Of a stretch of DNA of 64,000 nucleotides, positions 33,011-48,089 are shown piece after piece (the first letter of the stretch is position 1; the number at the start of each line of letters is the position of its first letter). The notes under the pieces are model-generated. The model had not been told where the DNA came from. It saw nothing but the letters and a program-made list of their open reading frames with translations, and made no database searches. The DNA lies in assembly GCF_009914755.1 (NCBI RefSeq), contig NC_060933.1. The stretch is one strand, 5' to 3'. The stretch is from the human T2T-CHM13v2.0 reference genome, Homo sapiens. A program made the translations under genes and the position numbers.

Positions 33011-34897
33011 CAAAACTAACAGAAATCTAATATTGATTGCACGTGGCCTGTTGAGTGGAGAATGTCCATAATCACACGCAGCACTCAGCCACCAGGTCTC
33101 TGGGCTCCTTAAACTGGTATGGGCCTTCAGTTTTTCATGGCATAGTCTTCTGAGGGTTCCAGGCCAGTGGTCGCATGCAGAGGCTCCTGTCTGCGTCTGT
33201 CTGGTGTTTCTGTGTGACCAGGCCCGGCTCTGCATTTCTGGTGCAGGGCTACATGTGCAGATCACAGACATGGGCCAGGCTGCCCCCACGGGCCACATGG
33301 AATGGGGTCTCTTGGCTGAGGCGAAGCCCCCCAGGTCCCTCCACTGTCAGAGCCTGAGGAAGGGGCTCTGCAAGTGTCCCTCCACTGTCTCAGCGGCCTC
33401 TGACTTGTGGTCTCAGCGTGCAAGGCTGATCCTGCCAGATCCGCTCTTGCCTTGGGCATTACAGAATGGTGACTTTGTTAATTCTGTTGCACTTCTGACA
33501 TTCCTTCTATCAGGGATGAGGATGAGCTGTTTTTTTCTTTCCTTTCTTTTGATTTTGTTTTGTTGTTTTAGCATCACATGAACTCATGAATATTCTTTTC
33601 TGAAACTTTTATTTTGGGAAAAGTTCACAAATACACAAAAGTAGAATATTGTCACAGATCTCCTGTCCCTGCCTCCCATTCTCATGGTCACCAGCTAAGC
33701 CAGGCAACCTCATTCATGCCCCTTCCCCCACATTATTTTCAAGCACACTTTTTGTGGGCTCCAGTTCTTGGCAGTAGGAGCTCTGCCAAGCCATGGCCTG
33801 TGTCCTTCTGATCCATCCCCATCAGTCTGTGAGTGCTTCCTGCCTTGCACAAGATGTTCCAGGCCCATCTCATGCTTTCTGTGCCCATCTCTGCGGTTGG
33901 CCACTGCTCTGGGAGCCCTGTTTCTGTGGGTGGAGAACAGCGCTTAGACACCGGGGTCTGGGCGGGCATCCAGACGACATCATTGAGCTTGTGTTCCCTT
34001 CCTTCAGGCCCTCCTGCTGGAGTCTTTCGAGGCTGCAGTGCACTTGGTCCCAGCCCTCATGGCCTCACTGTATGACTAACAGCTCCATGCCTCGGTTTCC
34101 TCACCTGTAAAGTGAGGATTGCAGTAGCGCTCACCCTTTCAAGTTGTTGAGGTTACCTGAGTCCGGGTGTGTGCCTCTCTCGCCAGGCCCAGGGTGAGAG
34201 CTCATTGAATACTGGCTGTTACTGTCGTTGCCACTCTTACGACCTTATGCAGATGGGGAAACTGAGGCACAGGAGATGGTGGTCTCTGTGGCCCTGGGTT
34301 ACACACACCGTGCTGGGTCTGGCCAACACCTGCAGGGAAGGAATTCACCTTTCTGTCTCCTTTCCTGACGCTTCAAGTGTGTATTACATCAACAAGGATG
34401 TAGCCGAAATGCTGCCATTGATACTTCTGCACTTAGCAACACGTTCCAGGTCACCATGGTGGTCTGAGGCCTCCAGGCTATCATTCCTTACAGCAGCCCA
34501 TTATTCCAAAGCTTCCAATATCTGCTAGACCCTCCCCTGTTGAGTGGTCAGGCGTGGTCAGTGTCTTTTTGCTTAGTGCTGTTTTTCTTTTTCAAGACCA
34601 CAACTCTTGGGGCTGATCCTAGGAATCGATTGTTTAGGCCCAACAGTCTGAATATTTTATGACCACATTCTTTCCCTGGGAGCTCTGGTACAAGTGAATG
34701 TGGCCATATTTTTCTGGTAACTGCATCATCACTGAGTGCTGACCATTTGTTTATCATTTGTTTCTTACAGTAGCTACAAGTTGTGTGGGTAGTTTCCGTC
34801 AGCATTTCTTTGATGAATGTCGAGGAAGAATGTTTTCTCCAGCCTTGGCTCACCAGTGCCATTGCTGGCATGAGTCATTTTCTGTTTTCTCTGCTGA

Positions 34898-35286
<389 letters not shown>

Positions 35287-37030
35287 CCCTTTCCTTTTTA
35301 TTTTAGTTTTGTTGGGGCCATGGTGGCTAATGCCTTTCCTTTTGGGTAGTGAGATATCCAAAGCCACTTTCAGAGCTCCTCCATTGCCCCACCTGTGATC
35401 CCCACTCCCCATTACAGCACTGGGACCAGATCATCCTGTGTCATAACTGGGAAAGTGCCCATGGAATGGGGGAAGGAACAATTGCCTCTCAAGGCAACAT
35501 GGTGTCCAGGATGATGGCAGCCACAGCTGCTGCCGCTGCCGCAGGGGCTTTGCTGGCCAGAGCATGATGCCGAGGGGCTCCCAGGGGTGCTGTTTGGGGC
35601 CACACTTCTGCCTGGTCCCAGCGCCACAGACCCTGCCTCTTACACTGCGGGAACTTGTGCAGTGTGTGGTCGGACGTGTGCGTCCCGTCCAAGAGTGGCC
35701 ACAGATCTGTGTACAGGGCTGTGTTCACCCCCTCTGGGGAGTGAGAGAGCCAGGGCGGGAGGGAGGCACCCTGACAGGGCCGTGAGAGGCTGGAGGAGGC
35801 CGGCTTAGGGGCCACTCTGACAGTCAGCTCAAGAGGCAGGAAGTGGTGGTGAGGCTGAGGGGGATTGGGAGGGGGACCCTTAGGGCAGAGCCCCTTCCCG
35901 GAGCTCTCTCACACATGGAGACCTCGAGCACTCAGCCCAGCTTCATGGGGACTCAGAGAAGGCGGGTCCTGCCCAGGGCTACAAAGCCGATGGAGGCAGA
36001 GTTCCCTGAGTCCCCAGCCCTGGGCCCCGGGCTCCCAGGCAGGATCCTCGGGATATGCCTGTGCTGGGGCTGCCCACCCCTCAGGCAGGGCCCAGGCTGC
36101 CTCCATAGGTGGTAAATTGCCTTTAGCAAGGTGAGGTTTGCCTCTTGACCTTGTTTTTATTTCATAAGTACTTCTCAGCACTTGCAATGTGCCAGGCACT
36201 GTTCTGAACTCTTCCAAATATTAACTCTTTTCACCTAGGGGTGGGTACTACTTTTATCCCGTTTTCCAGGTGAAGAACTAGGCAGGTTAAGAAACTTGTG
36301 TAGACTCCCACACAACCAGTAAGTGAGGCTGGGTGGAGTCAGTCTGGCTCCTGCCTCCCCGAAGCTGCCTTTCGTCTCCACCAGTTATTGATGCTTTCAC
36401 TTACTCATTGCATAAGCAGATCATTTCTTAATTCCTACTACTTACTAGAGTTTTTCTGAGAATTAGTTGTGGGTGGGAGCCGTGATCCAGGAAGGCTTCC
36501 TGGAAGAGGTGATGCCGGAAGTGAAAGGACTAAGAGAGCCTGCTTTGGGAGGGGAGAGAGACAGCCTCTGAGGGGAGGAGAGGACATGCAAAGGGCTGGA
36601 GGTGGGAGCCGCCAGGCAGCCCACATGGAGCAGAGGCCAGTGTGTGTGTGGAGGCTGGAGATGGGACAGGGCCAGGGTCTGGTCAGCCTGGGGAATGGCT
36701 TGGTTTGTATCTGGGGGAGTAGAGAGCCACAAGAGTACTGAGGGTGGAGCAGGTGGGTGATCCAGCTCCTGGCTACCAAAGAGGCAGGCCTGGCAGGAGG
36801 GAAGATGTCCTCCCCTTGACCTCCTGCTCCCCAGCATCCCTTCTCTGCCTGGGACATCCCAGGCCCTGGCCAGACAGCTGGGTTCCTGGTGGTTTCTGCA
36901 CACTCTGAATGAGCCCCAGGAAGTCCCTTCCCACACCTTAGGGGGGCAAGTGTCTGACTCCTGGGCCACGCCCTGGTTGTGTAGATGAAGGACCCACTTG
37001 CCAACAGGGCCCGGCAGGGAGATGGAGTGA

Positions 37031-37417
<387 letters not shown>

Positions 37418-37754
37418 CCACGCAGTGAGGCTGGTGCCCATGCTCCACACTGGGAGGCCAGGCTGACCCCACCAGCCAGTCAGCTACAACTCCACATCAA
37501 CTCCACATGCGCCCAGCTCGAGACTGATGAGTGGAATCAGCTTCCAGGTGTAGGGACCCCTTGAGGGGCCGAGCTGACATCCAAGGCTGAGGACCCCAGT
37601 GGGGAGTGTTCTGTTCCGGCATATCCTGGCCGTAACGATTTTTATAGTTATGGACTACTTGAAACCACTACTGAGGGTAATTTACTAGCTGTGGCCTCCC
37701 ACTAACTAGCATTCCTTTAAAGAGACTGGGAAATGTTTTAAGCAAATCTAGTTT

Positions 37755-37784
37755 TGTATAATAAAATAAGAAAATAGCAATAAA
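37755..37784 (+). terminator. SUSD3: SUSD3 polyadenylation signals
   Basis: TGTA at 37755, AATAAA at 37760-37765 and 37779-37784, ~340-365 nt after the stop. Confidence 0.85.
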
Positions 37785-37930
37785 CTTCTTTTCAGCAACT
37801 ACAGAAAACTACCTCAGCATCTTCCTCCACAGGATGTACTGCTTCCAAGCAAGGACCCATGGAGGGTTCTGCATCTGTTGTCTGTAAAAGTGCAGTTGAG
37901 GGGTATGAAGTAAAACTAAATAATTATTTC

Positions 37931-38219
37931 TTTTTTTTTTGAGACAGAGTCTCACTCTGTCGCCCAGGTTGGAGTGCAGTGGTGCAATCTCTGCTCACTG
38001 CAAGCTCCGCTTCCAGGTTCAAGCGATTCTCCTGCCTCAGCCTCCTGAGTAGCTGGGACTACAGGTGCCCACCACCACGCCCACCTAATTTTTTGTATTT
38101 TTAGTAGAGATGGGGTTTCACCGTGTTAGCCAGGATGTCTCGATCTCCTGACCTTGTGATCCACCTGCTTCGGCCTCCCAAAGTGCAGGGATTACAGGCG
38201 TGAGCCACCGTGCCCAGCT
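37931..38219 (-). mobile_element. Alu SINE
   Basis: TSD aaataattatttct. Confidence 0.95.
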
Positions 38220-38758
38220 AAATAATTATTTCTAATACTGAAAAATACAAAGGTAACAGTGGTTGGTTGATGTTAGAGTCAGCAGAGGAGACTTCCCTTT
38301 TTTTGTTTGTTTGTTTGTTTGTTTTCAGAGCTAGTTTCTGTTTAACTCTGAAGAAAAAAATCTGGTATTGGTTAGCAAGGAAGGAGTGTACTGAGGCATG
38401 ACTGACCTGTCTTAGTCATGGGCAGTTCTCCTTGGCCAAGACAGGTCCATTCAGTCAGTCAGTGGGGCTTAAGATTTTATTTCACAGCCATAGCACCCCC
38501 ACATGGCAGCCTCATGTGGCCTGGGCTTCCTCACAACATGGCAGCCGGCGTTCAAGGTGGAGTTGCAATGTGAGCACCAGGTGGAGGCCATTTTGCCTTT
38601 CAGATCCCAGCCTCGGAAGTCATGCTGTGTCTGTTCACTGGGAGTCAAGGCTGCCTTCTAATCAAGGGGCAGAGAGTTGGACTCCACTGCTAGGTGGGAA
38701 GAGTGTTGACTGGTGAGAAGAGAATTGGCAGACACACTTTACGACCATCACAGTCACC

Positions 38759-38860
38759 TTTTTTTTTTTTTTCTGAGACAAGGTCTTACTCTATCGCCCA
38801 GGCTGGAGTGCAGTGGTGCGATCTGGGCTCACTGCAACCTCCGCCTCCTGGGTTCAAGCA
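38759..38860 (-). mobile_element. 5'-truncated Alu (~100 bp)
   Basis: TSD catcacagtcaccttt on both sides. Confidence 0.9.
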
Positions 38861-38920
38861 TCACAGTCACCTTTAACCCAATCACTTGTCAAAGCAATTT
38901 TATAAAAGGTGACTAATTTT

Positions 38921-39242
<322 letters not shown>

Positions 39243-39983
39243 TCACTCCCAGAGGGGTTATTTGTACTGCAGGCCTGTGTGTACATAGCCATGCCTACTG
39301 CAGGTGTGGTTTTAGACATTTCTACCTGCTGCTGTACCTCTTGTTTGCTTCTACTTAAAATGAACTCGGAGCTCATTCTGTAGCTCTCTGCCCTACCCTC
39401 TCTTTCAACTCTGAGCCCCACATTTGTCCTGGGCCAGTTAAAACTACACCTTCAGCCTCCCATAATTTGGGGTGTGACCTGTCTCTGGCCATTGAGAAAA
39501 GCCACTGGGTTTGCCCTTTGACCTCCCCTGCTTCCTGCCTGGAGCCCAGCAGCCATGTTGGGGCCATGAGGAAGAGAAGCCGAAGGTCAGGAGGAAGAAG
39601 CCCTTACACTATATGGCTCCTTGTGGGCTGAAGCCACACTTGTCATGTCCCTTAGAACCAGATACTTTCGTGATTCACGCTACTCAGAGTCGTCCATCTG
39701 ACAGGTGTCCCATGATTTATGTGACACATCCCCAGCCAAGGGATGCTTGGGTGGTTTCACATTTCTGGCCTTCACATTTCTAGACACCTTGATACTGGGA
39801 TGCCATTTCCTTTGGGTGGATTTCTGGAGTGGGACTGTGAGGCCAGAGAGTGTGCCTGGTGGTTTCCTGTCAAGTGCTGGAGTATCTCAGGGCTTCTGTG
39901 GGCACACAGGGACACTGAGGCAGGGGAAGTGCAGATCCAGCCCTCACCAGGCCAGTGCAGCTTTCCTCTGCTGGGGCTCCTGA

Positions 39984-40319
<336 letters not shown>

Positions 40320-41088
40320 TTTCCTTGGCTTTTATGGGAGTGGGACGTGGTGTCCCTTGGCTGCATGCCTCAGGGGACCTGTAGGCTAAGCAGCAGGTCA
40401 GGGTCAGGGCCTGGGGTGGCATGCTTGCCCACAAGCCCAGCGTGCCACTGCTTATCTGGATACCAGGGATATTGAATCACTTCTAGCTCCTTATAGGACT
40501 TAAGCAGCACCAAGGTTTGGTGCTGTTGACAAAAGGCTCCGGGCTCTCCTGTTCTAAGTTCTAGTCCCCATTCAGCCCTTTCTACCACTAACCCCCATTG
40601 TGAAGCGGGACCAGGTAGGTGGAGGCTGTAGATCACCACCATGCAGGACGGGACAGGCCAGGTGGCTGGAGCTAAGGGGAGCCCAGAGGCCCCCTTGAAA
40701 TTTGAAGGGCCTGCAAAGGAAATGGGTGTTTTGTGCCCAGGTGGCTGACCCTGGGCTACTGGAGCACAGAACAGGAGAACTGGGGTGAAGGGCTCCAGCT
40801 CCCAGTAGCTGACAGTTACAGAAATGGGTGTCCGGATGGCCATGGAGGGGCTGCACTGGGCAGGGGGGCCAGAGGGGAGGAAATGATATGGGGCGTGGCA
40901 GGGCACAGCCATTGCCCAGGAGAGCTGTGGGGCATAAGCCCCTCACAGTGCAGCATGCTGGATCCCCCCACGTCTGCGCCATGGCCTAGGGGTCTCAGCT
41001 GGACCAAGAGATGGTACAGCTAGGGAGCAGAGAGCCGAGTAGTCCCGCAGGCATGGTCTGACAATGCGTGTAAGAGGACTCGGCTCTC

Positions 41089-41195
41089 TGGGCCTCTAGG
41101 ATTTTTCTGGGGAGATTTGGGGCCAGCTCCCCCTTCACCTTGCTCCCAAGGCAAGGAGCTGGCCCCAAATCTCCCCAAAAAACCCTAGAGGCCCA
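41089..41195. repeat. Long near-perfect inverted repeat (42/41-nt arms, 24-nt loop)
   Basis: tgggcctctaggatttttctggggagatttggggccagctcc pairs with ggagctggccccaaatctccccaaaaaaccctagaggccca: 40 bp, 1 mismatch, 1 bulge. Confidence 0.95.
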
Positions 41196-42719
41196 ATTCC
41201 CACTAGTACTGGGAACAAAGAAAAGGGACCACCAACCGCTCTGAATTTCCCGGACACACCCAGCTCACTCCCACTGAAGGCCTTAGCACACGCTGTTCCC
41301 TCTGCCTGGAATGCTTGGCCCTTGCTGGCCACATGGCACATTCCCACACTCACCTTCTCAGCTCAAAAACCAGTAACTTCTGTCCATCAGGACTAGTGAG
41401 GTTATGCTACTGAAACGAACAATCCCCTGAATCTCGGGGGTCAGACCACCAAGTTTATTTCCTTGGTCACCAGGGACCCCGGCTGGTGGAGAAGCCCCCA
41501 TTCCAGCATGGGAGTCCACAGTCTCGTGGCAGGGGAAGAGGATACAATCCACAGTCTCATGGCCTCTGTGCTAGGCCCAGGATGGAAGAGGATACAAGGG
41601 TAGGGGGTGCTTGCACCAGCAATAAAATGCTCTGGCCTGGAGGGAGCACACATCACTTCTGTTCATAATGTGTTGATCAGACTAAACCACACCACAAAGT
41701 CACCAGGGGTTCACTCTCCAGGGGTGGTAAAGGAGTGGGGAAACAGCCATGAGCAACATCCAGACTACGATGGCATCCTTCTTGTCGCTTCAAGACCACT
41801 GAAGCCTGGTTCAGCTGTCTTTCAAATTCGGTGTTGGTGAGACCCATGTTTTCCAGTTGAGATGAAAGCTAAGTTATCAAAGAAACATGAGTCAGCCTTA
41901 AATACAGGAATAGTGCCATTCTGATAACCAGAAGTGGCTGAAAAGTTAGAGAATTGGCTTAAGGTGTCAAAAGGAGACATCTTTATTCAGTAGAATGTAA
42001 GTGATTGGGGAAAAAAATCGTGTCTCCTGAACCAATTCCTGAGCAACTTGGTTACCTATGTGTTTCATTTTTCTATCGCTGTATAGTGAATCACTACAAA
42101 ACTCTGGCTTAAAGCGGCAGCCGCCGCCATGTTATCCTGCTTGCTCCCGATTCTGTGGGCTTGCTTTCTCCTTAGTAGGTGGTTCTGGCTTGTGCCTCTC
42201 ACATGCGGTTGCAGTCAGAAAGTGGCCAAGGCAGAATCTCCCAGACGCGTGTTCACTCACTGGGTTTCAAGAGTAAGCACCCCAAGAGACAGCAAGTAGG
42301 AGCTGCCGGCTCCTTAAGGCCTGGGCCTAACACGATGTTCTATTGGTCAGGCACTCCCAGAGCTCAGATTTGGATGCCCCTAGACATCTCACACTCAGCA
42401 TGGACAGAGGAGAACTCAGTTTTCCTCCCTCCTTCCCTGCCCCCAGGCCAGAGCCCTTCCCTTTCTCAGGCCCCACAGCCAATCCTCCGGCAAGTCCTTT
42501 GGCGCATCCTCAAACTTCATCCAGAATCCGCACCTCCTCCCTACCTCAGAGCTGTGGGAGGGAGAAGCACCCTCGCCCCGGTTCAGGCCTCTCACCTGGA
42601 CCGTGAAAGTAGCCTCCTCATGGTCTCCCTCCAGTCAAGCCCCCGACCAGAGTCAACTTACACACAGCTGCCAGAAGGTTTGTTTTGTAAATTATGGCAA
42701 AATACACAAAAAGTTCACC

Positions 42720-43000
42720 TTTTCCTTTGAGACAGTCTTGCTCTGTCACTCAGGCTGGAGTACAGTAGCATGATCATAGCTCACTGCCACCTTGACCTCC
42801 ATGGCTCAAGGGATCCCACCTCAGCCTCCCAAGTAGCTAGGACTACAGACAAGTGCCACCACGCCCAGCTAACTTTTTTACTTTTTTTTTTTTTTTTGGT
42901 ACAGACAGGGTCTCACTATGTTGCCCAGGCTGATCTTGAACTCCTGGCCTCAAGTGAACCTCCTGCTTTGACCTTGCACAGTGCTGAGGTTACAGGTTTG
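42720..43000 (-). mobile_element. Alu SINE (AluJ) within L1 3'-UTR fragments (~42680-43790)
   Basis: J-type atcatagctcactgc...gggtctcactatgttgcccagg. Confidence 0.88.
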
Positions 43001-43307
43001 ATTATCATTGTAATCATTTTAGGTAAACAGGTCAGCGGCATTAAGTGCATTCGCGTTGCTATGCAACTGTCACCACCGTCGATCTCTAGAACTTTTTCAT
43101 CTTCCCAGACTGAAACTCTGTCCCCATGGAACACTAATTCCCCATTCCCTCCTCCCTCCAGTGCCTGGCAGCCACCATCCAGCCTTCTGTTTCTATGAAT
43201 TTGACTAATTTAGATACCTCACATAGGTGGAGTCCCGCGGTATTTGTCTTTTTGTAACTAGACTATTTCACTTTGCATGATGTCCTCAGGGTTCACCCTT
43301 GTTGTAG

Positions 43308-43672
<365 letters not shown>

Positions 43673-44081
43673 TATCCATTCATCTCTTGATGGACACTTG
43701 GGTTGTATCCACCTCTTGGCTACTGTGAATCAGTGTACAGATAACCTCTTTTGAGACCTTGCTTTTAGTTATTTTGTGTATATAGAGGGTTGTTAAAATA
43801 TGTAAATCAGAGCAAATCACCATGCCCTTCCCCCAGCTTACAGCCCCCAAACCATGGGCTCCCAGCCACCTGGCCTGCATGACCCTGCCTAATACGCCCA
43901 GTCACTCCCTGTTACTGTTCCCCTTACTCCACTCCAGCCACAATATCACAATGGTTGTCTCTCAGGCACAGCAAGTTCATTTCTGCCTCGGGGCTCCTGC
44001 CTGCCCTGTTTCATCTGGAACACTTCCCCAGCTATCATCTAGCTTCCGCAGTGCAGCAAGGCCTCTGCTCAGATGTCTAGT

Positions 44082-44610
44082 ACATTAGTTATTTATTGCC
44101 GTGGAACTGATTACCCAAAAACATGGGAGTTCAAACACAACAATCGTCATTTATTCTCTTTCACTTGGTGGGTCAAGAATTTGGGCTTTGCAGGGTGATT
44201 CTGACATAAGGGTTTCTTATGCCACTGCAGTCAGATGTCAGCCAGGGTTGCAGTTTCATCTGAAGTCTCTATTGGGGCTTAGGATCCACTTCCAAGATGA
44301 TTCACTCTCTCACAGTGAGTCACTGCTGGTTGTTGGCTGGGGGCCTAGTTCCTCTCCACACAGGGCTCTCTGCAAGGCAGGTTGAGCATCCTTACAATAT
44401 AGTAGCTGATTCGCCCCAGAACAAGCTATCTGAAGATGCAAAGGCTGAAGCCATGATGCCTCTGTGACCCAGCCTCAGAAGTCACACTGTCACCCCTGCC
44501 ACACTTCACTGGCCACACAGACCAGCCTGATTGACTGTGGGAGGAGACTACACAAGGGCATGACCTGGAATGTGAGGATTGCTGGGGCCACCTTGGAGGC
44601 TGGCAACCTC
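44082..44610 (-). mobile_element. MaLR LTR (old MLT1-type)
   Basis: attagttatttattgc...ttacccaaaa...cagcctcagaagtcacac...ggggccaccttggaggctggc. Confidence 0.7.
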
Positions 44611-45826
44611 ATAGGCATCCTCCGCCTCTTTCTTTGCCTGACTCATCTCCCTAGCTCTTACCAGATCAACATGCAGATGTGTGTTTGTGTCCTCTGGTAA
44701 CAGGGAAGCTCCATGGGGGAGTGGAGCTTCCAGTCTTCCTTGTGATCCAGCTCTGGGTTGGGCCTATGTTTAGGAGATATTTGTTGAATGAATTAATGAG
44801 TGACTGAATGGATAAATGATGCTCCCTGGCCATGTGAGAATGTGGGAGGAGAATGTCCTTGCTCCTTGGTGTTCAGGCCCTTCATCACCTACCATCACCT
44901 CTTGGCCTGGTTACAGTCAGCTTCAGCCATGAAGGTCTCCCACAGCCCATGGGGGCCTCATGCCTCCTGCCCTGGCCTAGGAACACCCGTTCTTCAGCAT
45001 CAGCCTCTCAGGGAGGCCACCCTGTCATCTTTATAGCATCTGTCCTTGCCCTCCTATCCTTAACCCTAATCATCAACAGAACTATCTGTGTGCATTCATT
45101 AAGTGCCTCCTGCATGCCAGCCTTTGTGGAGTGAACACTGCAGCACAGATGATGGTCAGTGGAGAAGCCATCATAGGGCAAGACTAGTGCTCTGAAGAAC
45201 AGAGATGGGGGGTGGGGTGCAGTGGCGAGTGACGTGGTCCAGAAGGGCCAGACTCCAAGTGGGGGTGAGGATGCTAGACACAGAGCTGGGAAGAGCATTC
45301 TGGGTGGTCACAGCACACATGAAGATTTGTAAATGGCAGAGGTGGCTGCTGGAGGAACTGGAAGGCTGTGAGCCCGGGGTGAGGGAGGAGGATGGTCAGA
45401 CTCAGTGTTATGACCCCTGTGGCCACTATGTGGGTACTGGGCCATGGGGACAAGGATGGGGCAGGGAACCAGTGAGATGTGAGAAGGCGGCTGCCACCTT
45501 CCAGGCAAGACATAACAGGGATGGCGGTCACTGAGGTGGGAGCAGGGCTGGGCTTGGAAGGCAGAGCCCACAGGGTCAGGGTGCAGGTGAGCAGAGGCCT
45601 GAGGAATGGCTGGCCCTATGAAAACCAGGGGGAGTGCCCCCACCCAACCCAGTGCAAAGAACCCCTGTGGAAATTAGCTTTGCCTGTATAATTTTAAAAT
45701 TGTGCCTGCTTTCTAATGAGATCAAGCATGTGATGGCAAGAAAATCTGAAAGAAGCAAATAGTAAGGTGGAGGCCGTTCAGAGGAGTGGGGGTGTGTGTG
45801 TGTCAGGGCTCTGGCTTCTGTGACGT

Positions 45827-46259
45827 TGACAAAGATTCTGTGCTTGACAAACTTTAGCCAGGGTCCTGAACTTTCTCCTTGGCCCATCTGTGAACTTCCT
45901 TGTAAAATCCAGTTTCAACAAAGAATCCTCCTAATGAGTTTGGCAAGAACTCCCCACCCTGGATACTTGATCACCCTTGATACCCAATCAGGGTGCTTAC
46001 CCCCACCATCCCCTGGGTGAGGTCTCGTAAGCCCAGGCTGTCTTTGCAAGAATTCTGTCAGCCGGAATCCCCTTCACCCTGATGTTTCCTCTTCCTAATT
46101 TTCCATCCTCAAAGTCCCCTCCTGTCCCAAGTGTCCTTGCTGTATTTGGAATTGAGCCCAGTTCTCTGCTGATGTCTCTCTTCCCCTATCACAAGAGTCC
46201 CGAATAAAAATCTGTTTCTACATCTGTAACCACAGTCCAGCTCTGGTTTTTCTTTGACA
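45827..46259 (+). mobile_element. ERV1 solo LTR, MER31-like
   Basis: TG...CA ends (tgacaaagattct...tttctttgaca), internal AATAAA at 46203. Confidence 0.75.
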
Positions 46260-48089
46260 GTGTCCAAGGGCGGGGCTTCCTGTCACACCTCACTTCACTC
46301 CTTCTAAGGGGCCCCTCCACCTTCCCAAGAACTCACTTTCCATTTGGGGTCCAGGCAGCCACAGCTGGCAAGAGCTAGCCCGGAGGGAGGATGCGTGTGC
46401 TATGCCTGGGGGAGGGGGAATGCCCAGGATCTGCCATTTGACCATGGGGTGCCCGTGCCTGCTTGCAGCCCCCGTGGTGGGCATCCAGGCTGTACACCCC
46501 TGGCTGCACCAGCAGCTGTCCTGCTTTCTGCCGCGGCCTTCCATCTCATAGGGTTGGAGGGCACATCCCAGAGGGCACAGGGCTTTCAGTCCCTGCATGC
46601 AGGCTTGGGTTCCTTTAAGTAAATCCTTTTCAAACCCTCAGGTGGCTGAGGAACAGCGACCTGTACTTGGGAGGCCACATCTGGCTGCTAGATTTTGGGC
46701 AAGGGGCTTCATGCTCCAAACCTCAGTTTCCCTGTTCATCACATGGCCAGGGGCAGTCCTGAGGGTGCAGAAGTAGATGTGAAGGTGGGATGCTACCTTT
46801 CCCAAAAGGGGCTGGGGTCAAGGTTCCCTGAAGGTGGGCAGTGCCTGGAGCCCCTGCAGTCCCCACTGTGTCCCCCTTCCACTCCGTCGCCACCCTTATG
46901 GCTCTGACATCACTCAGGGGCAGGAGTGTGTGCAAAATAAACCCAGAGAAGTAAGTACTAGACGTCATAACAGTGTGATGGATGCAGAAGAATTGGGGTC
47001 AGGCTGCATCCCACTGGGGCAAAAGAGGCCCTCTGGGGAAGCCCCCTCTGGGTCCTCCAGGGGAGCACCTGGAGTCCAGAGCCAGCCTGGACTCACCCAG
47101 GCACACAAGCAGATGAGAGGCCTGCAGGGACCCACAGGCTGGTCCACTACCCTCCTGCCCTGGGACGGCCCTGTACATGGGCCTGGGGCAGGCTGGGTCT
47201 GATGGCAGCCTGGCCTCCTGGGGAGCATGGACGGGGCTCACCTTCAGTGTTTGGGGACAGGGGTGGCTGCTGTATAGTGACCATGACTGGGCCCCAAGAA
47301 TTTTGAGGTTTCCAGGTGACAACTGCACCCATTCTCCTGATGCCCCCTATGCCGGCCCTGATGGGAGGTCATGGCACAGGGGAGAACTGAGGCAAAGAGA
47401 CAGATGGCGCATGGACTGCAGGGACCACTGTGCTGTCCGAGAAGGGGACACTGAGTTGGGCCCCCATTCCGGGTCAGGCTCTGGCATCTCAAATTAGAGC
47501 TGCTATGGGGGAACGGCCCACACAGGCAGGGAAGGAAAGAGGAAGGGAAACTGCTGCTGCTGGCTGGGAGAGTGCTGCTATTCCTTCCTTCACGGGTCTC
47601 CACTTCCTGGCTGGGGCCCAGTGCATTCACATCATGTGGGGCTAGGAGCTTCTTGTGGCGGGCTCCGGAGCTGGAAATGCCAGGCCTACGAGAGGGAAAG
47701 CAGGAAGGAAAGCGGGAGGGAAGTGGAGTTGGCCCAAGGTCACTCATTTTACAGTCCAGGAAACTGAGGCTCAGGCAGGTTAAGTGACCTCTCTAGTTCG
47801 GGTCACACTGTCAAGCTAGTGTCTTCTTTTGAAGGTGGGGGACTGGGGTCCCCCAAGAAGGTGTCCCCCCCCCACCCCGCCGAGCGAGGTCACACCGTTG
47901 AGTCCTTCTCCCCTGGATTTGGGAAAGCATCACTGGGCACTGCCTCCTTTGGCTGGTCCCTGTGGCGTACTGGACGCCCACCGGCCTTTTGCCCCAGGCC
48001 TGGCCCTGTACTCCCCAGGGCCTGACTTTCTGTATGACCTTGGATCAGTCACGTCCCCTCTCAGTTTCAGTTTTCTCATCCAAGGGGTG

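Noticed and set aside
35515-35545. Poly-Ala-encoding GCN run in SUSD3 intron 4
   Set aside because: Short interrupted run with no convincing exon boundaries
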